Notes: generated by a model not told the origin, from the sequence alone. 63,110 nucleotides of DNA, filler included, from Chiloscyllium plagiosum (GCF_004010195.1; 5 parts of one record of this genome joined end to end with filler, not necessarily neighbours in it), one strand, 5' to 3'. Positions 12,853 through 25,189 are shown, numbered from the whole stretch's first letter. Numbers and translations: made by a program.

Positions 12853-13450
12853 CTCTCAAATTTTCACAGATTACCGCACTGAGTAAATAATTTTGTATTA
12901 CAGGTTTAAATTAGCAGAGGGTTCACCCCGTGTTGTAACACCTTTAACAAATCTGTGAAGGAAACTAACAAAAAAAGTAGTCTGGTTAACAAAATTCGAA
13001 GCATCCTTTGTAAGGATGAAAGCAATTTGAATGAATGAACCAGTGTTGGCCATCCCTGATTTTTCCAGCCTTTTCAAAATGGCATTTGATGCTGATAACT
13101 TGGAGTTGTGTGCTGTCTTGTTCCAGTACGATGAATCAGGAGAAGAGAAACCCATAGGGTACTTCTCTTAGGAACAATATCAATTATAGGAAAAATACTG
13201 TCCTCGAGAAGAAAAGGCTGTGGGATTGCTGTTGGCTTTTCAATACTTTGAAGTCTACATCTGACAAGGATTAATGAAATGCAAAGCTACACTGATCAAG
13301 ACCAATTAGCCTTCATTGAGAAGTTTAAAATGAAGAAAGCAAGGCTAATCCAATGGAGTCTTTTGCTGCAACCATTTAATGTAAAAATCGTACACATTGC
13401 TGGAAAACTTAACGTAATTGCTGATGTATTGTTCCAAGGTGAGAAATAAT
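12853..13450 (+). mobile_element. Gypsy pol RT-connection/RNase H remnant
   Basis: Manual translation VVTPLTNL...EPVLAIPDFSSLFKMAFDA...EKPIGYFS...ARLIQWSLLLQPFNVKIVHIAGKLNVIADVL, then stops with no integrase following. Confidence 0.8.
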
Positions 13451-13574
13451 AAATGGATTGCAGTCAGTGAAGTAGCACCACCCAGAAAGTTTGTGATTTC
13501 TAATAAACCTGTTGGACTATTGTGCGCATTCTAACTTTGTTCACCCAAGTCCAACACTGGCAACTTCATGTCAC

Positions 13575-14199
13575 AATGAACCAAAGACATCTCTTTAAGT
13601 ACAATTATATTTACATGCATTTAAGGTGGATTCGATAACTGAAATGACTTCCATTTACCTTCAGAAGGAAGATGTCAGACAGTGATCTTGCCCCACTGAG
13701 CCTTGGTAGCAGCTATCCCAAGCTTTAGTGTGCTCTTCAGCAAGTAGTCCTGGACCTTAAGACGTGTCAGTCTGCAACATGGAGTCAAGGTCACCTCCTT
13801 GTTCTGGAAGACCAACAATTTTCAGGCAGACAAAAAGAGCCTCTTTTACTGAATTGATGGTCCTCCAGGCGCAATCAATGTTTGTCTCGGAGTGTGTCCT
13901 GGACAACACACAGTAGGACACAGAGTCCCGCATCACACAACTGCTGGGAACACACCTAAACAGACACACTGCGTCTTGCCCCGGAATTCTTTTGCAAAGA
14001 CACGTTCCAGGAGATGTTTACAGTCTGTACTCAACTTGCAGCTGCTTCCAGGGCAGAATGTTTACTGGACAGAGTCCAACTCCAATGTTTGTTTTGTTTT
14101 CTTCATATGCTGTTGTACTGAATTGAAATTCTTTATTAACTATAGATGTATATATACTTGTTTTTATGAGTAAAGTATATTCTTGAAATAAAAAAAAAC
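13575..14199. mobile_element. Tx1/L1-clade 3' end with apparent 5' inversion
   Basis: Minus-strand ORF2 C-terminus (TNIDCAWRTINSVKEAL...KVQDYLLKSTLKLG...AQWGKITV*) is followed by a plus-strand T-rich UTR ending in poly(A) at ~14190. Confidence 0.65.
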
Positions 14200-14449
14200 A
14201 TTGCTTCGGTATGGGATCTAAAACTGCTCACAATATTTCAAATGCCTTAAACAGCCTGAACAGTACATTTTGCTCTTCTATTCTAACATTCTCAAACAAA
14301 CCCTAACATTGTATTTTCGTTCCTAACTGCCAACTGAAGCTGCGTTTTAACATGAAGAGAATCCTGAACACGGACTAACAAGTCCCGTTGTGCTTCAGTT
14401 TTCCGAAGCCTTTCCCCATTTATAAAACCGTCTCTCCTTCTAATCCCAG

Positions 14450-15060
14450 TGCATTACCTCACACACTTTCCCACATTGTGTTCCGCCTGTCAACTGAACT
14501 GTAAGAAAGTCCTGAACGAGGACTCCCCCCGAGTACCCTCAGGTCTGGCAGTATCTGCCCAGAGAGAGACAAAGCTGAGACAACGTTTGGGGTCCGGGGG
14601 CGGCCGTCATTTGGAAGATCGCGCTTTGGGACTTGATGCGGCGACACACAATTTCTTCATCACTTTCACCTCTCTGCCTGTGGGAAGGAGTATTTTTCAT
14701 TCTAAAACGTATTATTTTGTTTGGCGACACCGAAGTCGGCCCTTTTGTGTTTCTGTTTTCTCTCCTGAAAGAGTTGTTTTTCTTTAAAGAGTTTATCTTC
14801 TGAAGCCGCTGCTAACGGTCACTCGGGGCCTTTAACCGCCAGCTCACGCGCGGCGGGGCGGGGCCTGGAGCTAAAATGGCGGCGCCAGAAAGGAAAAGGG
14901 TCAGAGGGAGAGCGGACTGTGTCAACAAACTACCGTTCCTGAAGGTAATGATGGTGGATATTGGGGGTGGAGGGGGAAGTGGAGAGATTCCGCTTTGGCC
15001 CCACTCCTTTCCCTGAACATGTCATCTTGCCGGTAAGTGGGGCTGGGCGGCCGTTACTGA
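14450..15060. promoter_or_regulatory. CpG-rich, probably bidirectional promoter
   Basis: Local CpG enrichment in non-repeat sequence; GC box GGGGCGGGGC at 14855-14864; YY1-type AAAATGGCGG at 14873-14882; outward-facing AG|GTAATG donors at 14945 (+) and 14457 (-). Confidence 0.65.
14876..14944 (+). other. Candidate first exon (MAAPERKRVRGRADCVNKLPFLK, phase 0), gene unidentified
   Basis: ATG in strong context (AAAATGG) just after the GC box; ends AAG|GTAATG; alternative donor GTAAGT at 15033. Confidence 0.45.
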
Positions 15061-15433
15061 TTTTATTTTATATTTTCCTCTCTCACGCAGCCCAGAGGTT
15101 TGTATTTAAATTGGACGGGATTCTTAACGAATGCATTGATTCTCCTGGATTAATTAGCATGTTATGGTTGATAATACCTTTTAGGAATGACCAGGAGACG
15201 CAGAGAATTCCTCAAGATTCTCCTAAAACAAGTAACTGGTGTACCTTCCACATTTGCCATTATTTGTAAACAAAAGCTGTAGCTATCAGAGCCACTAACC
15301 CTGAAAGCCCACGAACAGTGAGAGGACTCAGTGAGCCAGCACCACTAATCCAGAGTACTCAGTGAGTTATGTTCTAAAAGCCAGGCTCTACCCCCGTTAT
15401 ATTTACATAACCAATCGCACTGAGCCTACATTA

Positions 15434-15757
15434 GTGGGTGGCACGGTGGCGCAGTGGTTAGCACTGCTGCCTCACAGCGCCAGAGACCCGGGTTCAATTC
15501 CCGCCTCAGGCGACCGACTGTGTGGAGTTTGCACATTCTCCCCGTGTCTGCGTGGGTTTCCTCCGAGTGCTCCGGTTTCCTCCCACAGTCCAAAGATGTG
15601 CAGGTCAGGTGAATTGGCCATGCTAAATTGCCTGTAGTGTTAGGTGCAGGGGTAAATGAAGGGGAATGGGTCTGGGTGGGTGCGCTTCGGCGGGTCGGTG
15701 TGGACTTGTTGGGCCGAAGGGCCTGTTTCCACACTGTAAGTAATCTAATCTAATCTA
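15434..15757 (+). mobile_element. HE1-like V-SINE, full length
   Basis: A and B boxes, V-domain, (AATCT)n tail. Confidence 0.93.
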
Positions 15758-16947
15758 ATTAACTAATCAGATTCTGCCACAATTGTCTTCTGGATTGCTG
15801 CTGACCCCCACATTGTGCTGTGGTCATCTTTTCGCCTTTTGTCACCTGACAGGCCGCAGTCGGGCAAGGCTGGCTCGAGCATGCAATCCAGACCTTGCAC
15901 TTATGTAACATCTCAACATCTATTAATTTGTAGTTATATATTCATTTTAACCATAGACGCTGTCCATATGGCCATTTCTACTATCTTTCAGACGTTTCCA
16001 GTCCCTTTCCTACCCCTAAAACTGTAATAGTAGTGGTCCCCACCCTTATTATTTCTCCTGCACACCATCCAACACAAGTGGAAATAATTACTGCCTGTTG
16101 TTTTTAATCTCTCTGATCTGGCCGCAAGCGGGAACTGCAACCAACTCACGGAAATGTTCAGGGTCTGTCGGGGTAATGAAGCAGCTCATGTGAGCAAACG
16201 GACTCTCTCTGTACACAAAGCACTCAGATTGATGCACACGATTGAGAAATAAAACAGGAAAATCGACGTTTCAGACAAAAAGTCGATTTTTCCTGTTCCT
16301 CGGATGCTGCCTGACTTGCTGGGCTTTTCCAGCACCACTCTGATCTAAACTCTGGTTTCCAGCATCTGCAGTCCTCACTTTTGCCCCGAGAAATAAAACA
16401 ACCGACTGTACAAAATAAAGAATATTGTTTGGATACGTTTTGTTCAAAATTGAGCAGAATTTCGTAAAGAAAGAGCATTAGTGTGAAAGGGTTGGAATAA
16501 AGAAAGTGTTAATTTATGTAAAAAGGTAAAACTCAGGATCTCTGGTTTGAGTTTATTTTAACCTTGAATAGATCTGACACATTAATCCTCCCTCCCCTTC
16601 TCAATAGACGCTATTGGAACTGTTCAATGTTTCTAGCAGCTTGTGTGATTATTTGAGGTTCCCAACAGGAGCAGTGTCTCACTTATCGAAAAAAACTGCT
16701 GTGCTGCAATTAACATTTAAATAAGAATTGGGAAGCTGCAGAGGGGTAAACTTCAGAGCTGCTGAGTTTTGTTGCCCACTTCCACGCTGCAATTCATAGA
16801 AACCATCGTCATGACAAGTGAGGAGCAATCTGGATGGTTTTGTTTTCTCACAGAATAAAACATTCATGTACTTTCAGAGAAAGTAAGGTGACAATGCCAG
16901 TTCATCTTCAAGTTCTTCTGTGCAAAATGGCTTTGAAAGCACAACCC

Positions 16948-17019
16948 TGTGATGTCTGGGAATCAAACGGGGGTTAACTGCTTGGAAGAGAGCTATACTT
17001 ACCACTATACCACCATCGC
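16948..17019 (-). tRNA. tRNA-Gly(TCC) pseudogene
   Basis: 72 nt GCGATGGTGGTATAGTGGTAAGTATAGCTCTCTTCCAAGCAGTTAACCCCCGTTTGATTCCCAGACATCACA is colinear with vertebrate tRNA-Gly-TCC as recalled. The T-arm and B box are broken (GTTTGA). Confidence 0.85.
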
Positions 17020-17302
17020 TGTGCGACTGAATGGCTCTCAATTCTCAAACGCATTTAACAAGACAGTGATCATAAGTAATTGAACGTGACGAAAATAAAA
17101 ACACACATTTCTGGCGAAACTCAACAGGCCAGCCATCATTAGCATCAGAAATCTTCAGTTCTGAAAAAGAATCATTACACCCAAAAGTTTGACTCTGCTT
17201 TCTCCCCACAGATGACAGACCTGCCGAATTTCACCAACATTTTCTGTATTAGTTTTGAAATCTCCACTATGGACAGTTCTTTCCTTCTAATAGACCTGAT
17301 GA

Positions 17303-17865
17303 TGCATTGAGTATAGGAGTTGCAAAGACACGTTGCAGCTATACAGGACATTGGTTAGGCCACTTTTAGAATATTGTGTGCAATTCCAGTCTCCCTGTCA
17401 AAAGGATACTGTAAAACTTGAAAAGTTTCAGAAAAGATTTACCAGGATGTTGCCAGGGTTGGAGGGTTTGAGCCATATGGAGAGGCTTAATAGGTTGGGA
17501 CTGAGGGGTGACTTTAGAAGTTTATAAAATCGTGAAGGGCATTAATAGGGTGAATATTTTTCTTGCATTTTGGGATTCAGAACTAGAGGTTATAGGTTTA
17601 AGAAGAGGGAAAAAGTTTAAAAGGGAACTTAGGGGCAACCTTTTCATGCAGAGGGTGGCGTGTGTATGAAATGAGCTGCCAGAGGAAGTGGTGGAAGCTG
17701 GTACAATAGCAACATTTAAAAGGCATCTGGATAGGTAAATGGATTGGGAGGATTTAAAAGGATATTGGCCAAACTGCTGGCAAATTAACTTAGGATGTCT
17801 GGTAGGCATGGACATGTTGGACCGAAGGTCTGTTTCCGTGCTGTACATCTCTCTGGCTCTATGAC
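17303..17865 (+). mobile_element. CR1 3' fragment
   Basis: LYRTLVRPLLEYCVQF...NELPEEVVEAGTIATFKRHLD followed by the tail. Confidence 0.9.
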
Positions 17866-18267
17866 CCATTGAAGGGGATACTGGGGCAGGTGATCGTCTA
17901 CCTCAGAGGCAGAGGTGAAGCAGCATAGAATTGATGTGGAAACTTGATTTGGCCCAACAAGTCCACACTGATTCTTCGAACAGCATCCCGCCTAGACTCA
18001 CCCCCTTACCCTGTAATCCTGCATTTCCCATGTATGATTCATTTTACCTACAGGTCCCTGAATATTATGGGTAATTTAGTATGGCCAAGGTACCTAATCT
18101 GCACATCTTTGGACTGTGTGAGGATACCGGAGAAATGGATTCAGATGAGTATCCTCAGGGATTGACAATATTAAAGGTTCACTGACGTTAGAATGAAGTG
18201 CTGTCTTCTCATCTGTCCCAAATAATCTGCCCCTTTCTCTGACGTTCTATCTTTGTGTTTCAGATTC

Positions 18268-19288
18268 CCAAATATACCTAAAAGGGAAATCAGGAGGGCA
18301 AAAAGGGGACGTGAGAGAGCTCTGGCAAATAGGGTTAGGGAGAATCCAAAGGAATTCTATAAATGCATCAAGGACAAAAGAGTAACCAAGGAGAGAATAG
18401 GGCCCCTCAAAGATCACAAAAGCAACCTTTGTGTGCACCTGCAGGCGATGAGGGGAGATATTGAAGGACTATGTTGCATCAGTGTTTACTGTGCAGAAGG
18501 ACATGAAACATATATAATGTGGGAAAATAGACTTGGGTATCTTAAAAAAATGTTCATATTACAGAGGAAGAGAAGCTGGATGTCTTAAACGCATAAAGAT
18601 GGATAAATCCCCAGGACCTGGTCAAGTATACCCTAGAACTCTCTAAGAAAGGGAAGTAATTGCTGGGCCTCTTGCTGAGATATTTGAATAGGATATATAA
18701 TTAAGGTGTTTGGTATGTTTTCTTTTATTGGTCAGAGTATTGAGTCCAAGAGTTGGGAGGTCATGTTGTGGCTGTACAGGACATTGGTTAGGCCACTGTT
18801 GGAATATTGTGTGCAATTTTGGTCTACATCCTATTGGAAAGATGTTGTGAAACTTGCAAGGGTTCAGAAAAGATTCACAAAGATGTTGCCAAGGGAGAAG
18901 CTGATCAGTCTGAGGCTGTTTTCCCTGGAGCGATGGAGGCTGAGAGGTGACCTTTTCCAGGTTTACAAAATTTATGAAGGGCATGGATAGGATAAATAGA
19001 CAAAGTTTTTTTTTCTCCTGGTTTCGGGGAGTCCAGAACTAGAGGGCATAGGTTTAGGGTGAAAGGGGAAAGATGTAAATGAGACCTAGGGGGCAACTTT
19101 TTCACACACAGGGTGATACATATATGGAATGAGCTGCCAGAGGAAGTGGTGGAGGCTGATACAATTGCAACATTTAAGAGGCATTTGGATGGGTATACGA
19201 ATGGGAAGGGTTTGGAGAGTTATGGGCCGGTTGCTGGCAGGTGGGACTCTATTGGGTTGGGATATCTGGTCGGCATGGACGGTTTGAA
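18268..19288 (+). mobile_element. CR1 ORF2 fragments with internal deletion
   Basis: KREIRRAKRGRERALANRVRENPKEFYK is joined to C-terminal LVRPLLEYCVQFWS. Confidence 0.88.
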
Positions 19289-19648
19289 NNNNNNNNNNNN
19301 NNNNNNNNNNNNNNNNNNNNNNNNNNNNNNNNNNNNNNNNNNNNTATAATGGATCATAAGCATTCAGATTCAGTAAGCATTAGTTGCTTACTGCAAGGAG
19401 AATTGTTCACTGCTTTGGGTTGCTCAGTTCAACCTCTGAAGTAAATGCAATACCTCAGCAAGTATGAATTGGACTTTTGCAACCAGTTTGTCAATTACCT
19501 AAAATACCAAGTTTACCAAATGTTTCAAACTGAATCTCACTGTGGAATCCTGCATTGGATAACTTAAAGGCTCTGACAATGAAACAGTTCAGTTTCTTTT
19601 GCAGAAAGAGAGCTAACAGCACAAAGGGAACAGTAATTCACTGACAAA

Positions 19649-19715
19649 GTACATCGATCAATTCAGCATATCCTAAAAATAATCCATACGATTCTCCCTG
19701 TGGTTGGTGTTTCAG
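19649..19715 (+). pseudogene. Degenerate GPR139/142-like first coding exon (start codon lost)
   Basis: 67 nt, VHRSIQHILKIIHTILPVVGVS + G|GTACGT. Length and phase match exon 27931-27997, and the upstream sequence is similar (AAGGGAA...TTCAC...ACAAA). Confidence 0.7.
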
Positions 19716-20774
19716 GTACGTGGCTAAATACACTGAGTCGTTCTTAAAAGTCTTGATTTAAATTGACAAAAGAATTGACTCTATGGTGAACACTTGCTCA
19801 GGTTGAGGGAAATTTCCCGAATTCCATCTTTGAGAGCGTTTGTTTTATTGACTCAGTTGAAAACATGATCCTTTTTGTAAGCCAAGAGTTCTACAAAATA
19901 TCAAGCTAAGATCCTCACAGGAGTAACGTGTTGCTTCCGAGCACAGTACAGTATTGGCACGTTTTTGAAGAATATGCAGTACTGAAACGAGCTATCACTG
20001 CAGAACTATACTGTCTCTCACTAAGGGGGGGGGGGGAGAAAATTGGTTCTTCTTTGAAATTGTTGGTTCGAGTAAATAAGGAATCTTTCTCAATGTTTGT
20101 GGTTTGTTATTTAATTAGTGGCAAAGTGAAAAAGTGTTATCATTTGAAATATTTTCAAACAGTTGGCACAGTGTGATATGTTTCACAGAAGTAGATTGTA
20201 ATGTTTTTATGGTGAGTAAAAATCTGACAGCAGGTTTATTGTGTTCAATCTCCAGTATTAAGGTGTGTTCTAATCTATATGGAGTTACGATACACCCTTT
20301 TTAGCGGTGATCAATCTTCTTTTCACAGCTTAGATTGGAGTTTGTTGTTCATGAAGTTATACATAATATTACACTAGGCGCTCAATGAATGTCTGGTACT
20401 GAGGATGTTGTGTGCTGCACAAAGTCCCAGTTCTGGAAATAGGAGCGAGGGACTCCATTAGTCATCGCAAAGATATCAACTCCCAGCACAAGGAGATCTC
20501 CGAAACAAAAGTAAAAAATGCTGCAGATATTCATCAGGTCTGGCATCATCTGGAGAGCGAGAAACAGAATTAACATTGAGACAAAACTCCTGCCAGTAGC
20601 AGTGGTGGACTCTTCCTCATTATGGGCATTTAAGCGGGCATTGGATAGGTATATGGAGGATAGTGGGCTAGTGTAGGTTAGGTGGGCTTGGATCGGCGCA
20701 ACATCGAGGGCCGAAGGGCCTGTACTGCGCTGTATTCTTCTATGTTCTATGTTCTAACTATGGATGCTGGAAAT

Positions 20775-20925
20775 CAGTTCCCATACTGCCTGAGATTACC
20801 AAGAGGGTCCCACCTTCGCAACCTTGCCCTTCCCCTAAGGCAAGTTGACCCTTAGGTTAAACTCCCAACCAGCCATGTCTCTCTAATGAGAGAGCGGCTT
20901 TATGGTCCACTGGGACTATGGCACA
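20775..20925 (+). mobile_element. Ancient SINE, tentatively UCON3-like (paralog at 32636-33000)
   Basis: CCTTC..AACCTTGCCC...GACCCTTAGGTTAAA...TATGGTCCACTGGGACTATGG. Confidence 0.5.
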
Positions 20926-20939
20926 GTGTCATAATACAG

Positions 20940-21890
20940 TTCAGGATGGTGAGTGGCTTGGAAGGGAGCATGCAAGTGTGGTGTTCCAAAACATCTACTG
21001 TTTTTGCCTTTAGGATGGTGATGGTCTTGGATTTGGAAGATGCTGTGTAAGGAGCATTGGCAAATTTCTGCAGTGCGTACTGTCAGTGATACATAATGCT
21101 GCTACTGAACAACAGTGTTGGATGTACTGCATATTTGTAGGTATGGTGCCAATCAAACAGGCTACTTTGCCATTAAATAGAAAGTTAATGTTACTCTTCT
21201 GAACTGTTTTATAAGAGAGTTATACTGGATGCAAAAGGGATTTCTCTCCCCACATGCTGCCAGGCTTGCTGAATTTCTCCAGCACTTTCTGCTTTCATCT
21301 CTGATTTCAAATGTTCGCAGCATTGTACTTTTACATTCCTGCTTTTTCAAGGTGCTATCCATTTTCTAGAGTTTGTGTTCTATCACAGTACTGATGTGTG
21401 CCTTGCAAATAGTGGAGAGGCTTTCAGAATCTGTGATGTATTCTTGTCCTCTGACCTGCTCTTGTATCCATAGTACTTTTATTGTGAATCCAATTCATTT
21501 CCAGCTCAGGTTATTGATTGTAAGGGATTTAGCAATGGCGAAGCCGTTGACTGCCAAGAGGTATCATTTAGGCAGTCTCTTATTGGAGGCACTAATTGCT
21601 TTGTATTTGTATGGAGCGAATGTTAATTCCCTTTTGTCATCCCAAGCCTGGATGTTGCTGGGATTTTGCTGGGATTTTGCTGCAGATCGACATGGTGTGT
21701 TTTAGTATCTCAAGAGTTAAGAATGCTGCTGAACCTTGTACAATTATTAGTGAATACTCTGACTTATGACACAATGATGAGGGAATGCCAGTTACACAGT
21801 CACTTAGGATAGTTATTCCTTGGGCACAATATTGAAGAGCTCCTGCTGTAAAGTCCTGAAGCTTAGATGGCTCACCTCTAACAACCGCAC
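20940..21890 (-). mobile_element. Old CR1/L2-group LINE remnant (same family as 3045-5903)
   Basis: Reverse-complement similarity to 4300-5720. Confidence 0.65.
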
Positions 21891-21916
21891 CAATTTCTGT
21901 GGGTCTGGAGTCACAA

Positions 21917-22227
21917 GTGGGCAGCACGGTGGCACAGTGGTTAGCACTGCTGCCTCACAGCGCCAGAGACCCGAGTTCAGTTCCCGCCTCAGCCACTGAC
22001 TATGTGGAGTTTGCACATTCTCCCTGTGTCTGCGTGGGTTTCCTCCAGGTGCTCCGGTTTCCTCCCACAGTCCAAAAATGTGCAGGTTAGGTGAATTGGC
22101 CACGCTAAATTGCCCGTAGCGTTAGGTGAAGGGGTAAATGTAGGGGAATGGGTCTGGGTGGGTTGCGCGTCGGTGTGGACTTGTTGGGCCAAAGGGCCTG
22201 TTTCCACACTGTAAGTAATCTAATCTA
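21917..22227 (+). mobile_element. HE1-like V-SINE inserted in an older minus-strand SINE
   Basis: Full head, V-domain and tail. Confidence 0.92.
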
Positions 22228-23067
22228 AAGTGGCCCCGACTAGGTAAGGATAGCAGTTTTCTCTTCCTAAAGGCCACAAGACAACCAGATGGGCTTTTAC
22301 TACAATTGGCAATAGTTTTATGGTCAGCATTAGAGTAATAATTCCATATATTTCATGAATTGAAGTTCTGGCACCTGTCATGACAGGATTTCATCTGGGA
22401 CCATGGTAATAGTTCTGAACTATCTGAATATGACCTAATTCAATGACTGGCTTCCAGGTTGATTCAGAACCACAACTTGATATTTCTGTTCCGATTTCAA
22501 AAATTGCAAGTTTAAGTTTTGTTATTGATCATTGAGTGTCATGTTAATTTGACCTATTTAGATAACAAGAATGCAGACACATTAAATGGTGGCTGTCAAC
22601 TGCATTAACTTGAATCTATCGTGAACAGTTCTGAGACCATCCAGTTTGTCTCTGATCAAAATGGGTTCATTTATTTGCTCAGTTAGATGTTTGAAATAAA
22701 TTATGGATGAGCAGACTGAATTGTTTTCCTATGCAAAGGAAGGTACTGAGTAGAAAGTAGAAGAATAATTTCCATATGCATGAAGTATTTATTGTGTGTG
22801 TGTGTGTTGTGGATAGGTTATGGCAGGATGCACTGGTTGATTTTAAAAGACAAGTAGGTTTGTGAATGACACAAATGTTGATTGGGTGGATGAGTGTGAG
22901 GAAAATAGTTTTGGGTTTCTCAGAAGGGCAGATCAGTGGCAGATAAAATGTAACCCTGATGAATGTGAGGTGATGCACTTTGAAAGAAATTACAAGACAA
23001 GGTAATAGTCAATGAATGGTAATACACTAGGATGCTTCGAGGAACAAAAAGCTTGAGGTGATTTTTA

Positions 23068-25076
23068 TTTTTATCGAAAATTTTAACATGTTTTAACAAA
23101 TTTACAAAAGAAAACTAAAAAAAAGACCCAAGTATAAACATTGATATACAGTTAAATCTTAACCAAAATCTATCAAACAAGAAAAAAGAAATACCAAGGA
23201 AAAAAAAGACAAAACTCAACTAACTACTCATCTAACTTACAATCTTGTTAGTTGTATCATTAAAATTCTTACATTATTCAAAAGAGAAAAAAAAATCCAA
23301 CGGATAACACAAATTGAGCAGTGATATACATGCTCGGAATGTGTTAACATCAGATCACAACAAAAACCGTATTTATCCAAAACATCCCGAGCATAGAGCA
23401 TATAAAATTCACAAAAATAAAAAAAGCTCTTTAGTACATTCAGATCAATATAATAAAAGAAACTATTTCTAAATAGTAAAAAAAGTATAAAACGTATTTA
23501 AATGGAGATCTTCCCCCTTATTCCCAGGGGGCATCACTTCCTTTCCAAAAAACCCATCATAACCTCTCCCAACCAGTGCCCCACCCTTGACCCAGGCACC
23601 CAATGATAGGATAAAGAAAATTAAAGTAAACTACTGAACTAGAACTAACAGTGAGTACCCTATCTCTTCCCCCCCCACCCACACCAACACCTGGATATAT
23701 TAGGTAATGTTAATACCATATATGAACATATGACTAAAATTACAGTCTCAGCAAATAATAATTAAATATATTAATACAAAATAACAGGGGAAAACAACCC
23801 CACCCCCCGGAGATAATATTAAACAGTAAGATAATGAAAGGGGAAAAAAAGGGGGTGTAAACTGGGGTGGGGGTAGGGCAAAACAACATCAATTAACTCT
23901 TATAATTTGTTTAAGAGAGTCCAAAAGTTCCTTGGCCTTCTCCGGTGATCCAAAGTTATACACAGATCCTTCATGGCTAAAGCTGGGTAGCGCAAGGAGT
24001 ATTGAATGTTTAAATCCCTTAAACGCTTCTTTGCTTCATCAAACACCTTCCTCTTTCGGATCAAAGCTGGGGAAAAAGTCCTGAAATAACATAATCTTGG
24101 ATACTTTATAAGTCATGGCTTGGGGATCTTTCCCAAGATTTCTGGAGGCTTCCAAGAGCATCTGCCTCATCTTATAGCTCTGCAGCCGGAACAGGGCCGG
24201 GCGGGGGCGCTGGTTCAAAGCTGGGGAAAAGTCCTGAAATAACATAATCTTGGATCCTTTATAAGTCATGGCTTGGGGATCTTTCCCAAGATTTCTGGAG
24301 GTTCCAAGAGCATCTGCCTCATCTTATAGCTCTGCAACCGGAACAGGGCCGGGCGGGGGCGCTGGTTCAAGCCGGGCCCACGTATTGCAACCCAGTAGGC
24401 CCATTCTACCCTTATCTGGCCTGATCCAGCCTCCAGATTCAACAACTGCGGAAGCCACTGTTCAAGGAACCCTGAAAGCTGACCGCCTTCTTCCCGTTCA
24501 GGAAGCCAAGCAAATGAATATTTTTTCGACGACCTCGATTCTTGAGGTCGTCAATGTGATTCTCTAAGGTCCGGATTCGCTGCTCGAGAGTCCGGACCCG
24601 ATCCACGGCCGATTCTGCAATGGCCGGAGGTCGCAGCCTTTCGCTCCGCCCTCCAACTCGGCATTCAATTTCTTCGATGTCTTGGCTGAGCTACAAAAGT
24701 ACGGCCAACAGTGAATTCCACCGACTTCAGGATTCTTCTATGAACGCATCGATCTTCGCATTGAGTTTGGAGATTATTTCCGCAAGGCTCGCCACCGTAG
24801 GTAAGTCCCCCGGGGCAGCTGCGGATGCCTCTGCTGCAGCTGGGGAGGGTGTGGGAGGGGCTCCTGCCCGCTGAGAACTGCGGGCTCCTTTCCCCCTAGT
24901 CATTTTTACAGGTGACTGAACTCTATAAATTTTGTACTAAACCACTAATTGCATTAAGTAAAAACTATTTTTAATTGACTTGGTGAGTGTAGTGGAGGAG
25001 GGTGGCCCACTTTGCATAGGTCTTGGAAGGAGCACTATAGACTCAGACTTGCTGAGTCGCCGCCATCTTGGATCTC
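23068..25076 (-). mobile_element. L1-clade element encoding ORF1 only (half-L1/HAL1-like), with TSD
   Basis: 5' end GAGATCCAAGATGGCGGCG. ORF1 starts at ATG 24903 (MTRGKGARSSQ...IDDLKNRGRRKNIHLLG...IMLFQDFSPAL...YSLRYPA) and runs to ~23900, followed by a T-rich UTR and A-rich end. Direct repeat GGTGATTTTTA at 23057-23067 and 25077-25087. Confidence 0.85.
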
Positions 25077-25189
25077 GGTGATTTTTAAGAGATACCTGAA
25101 GGCAACAGGCAGGACAGGTTTTTAGGACATTTATGAAGACATTCAGGATACATGCCTTTACCAGTCGAGTTATGTTATAGCTGTACAAG

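Noticed and set aside
12278..12886. Long ORFs made of X (also at 30256, 52366 and 57683)
   Set aside because: They span assembly gaps
15160..16080. Possible LTR starting TGTTATGG around the SINE at 15434
   Set aside because: Could not define the second terminus or a TSD
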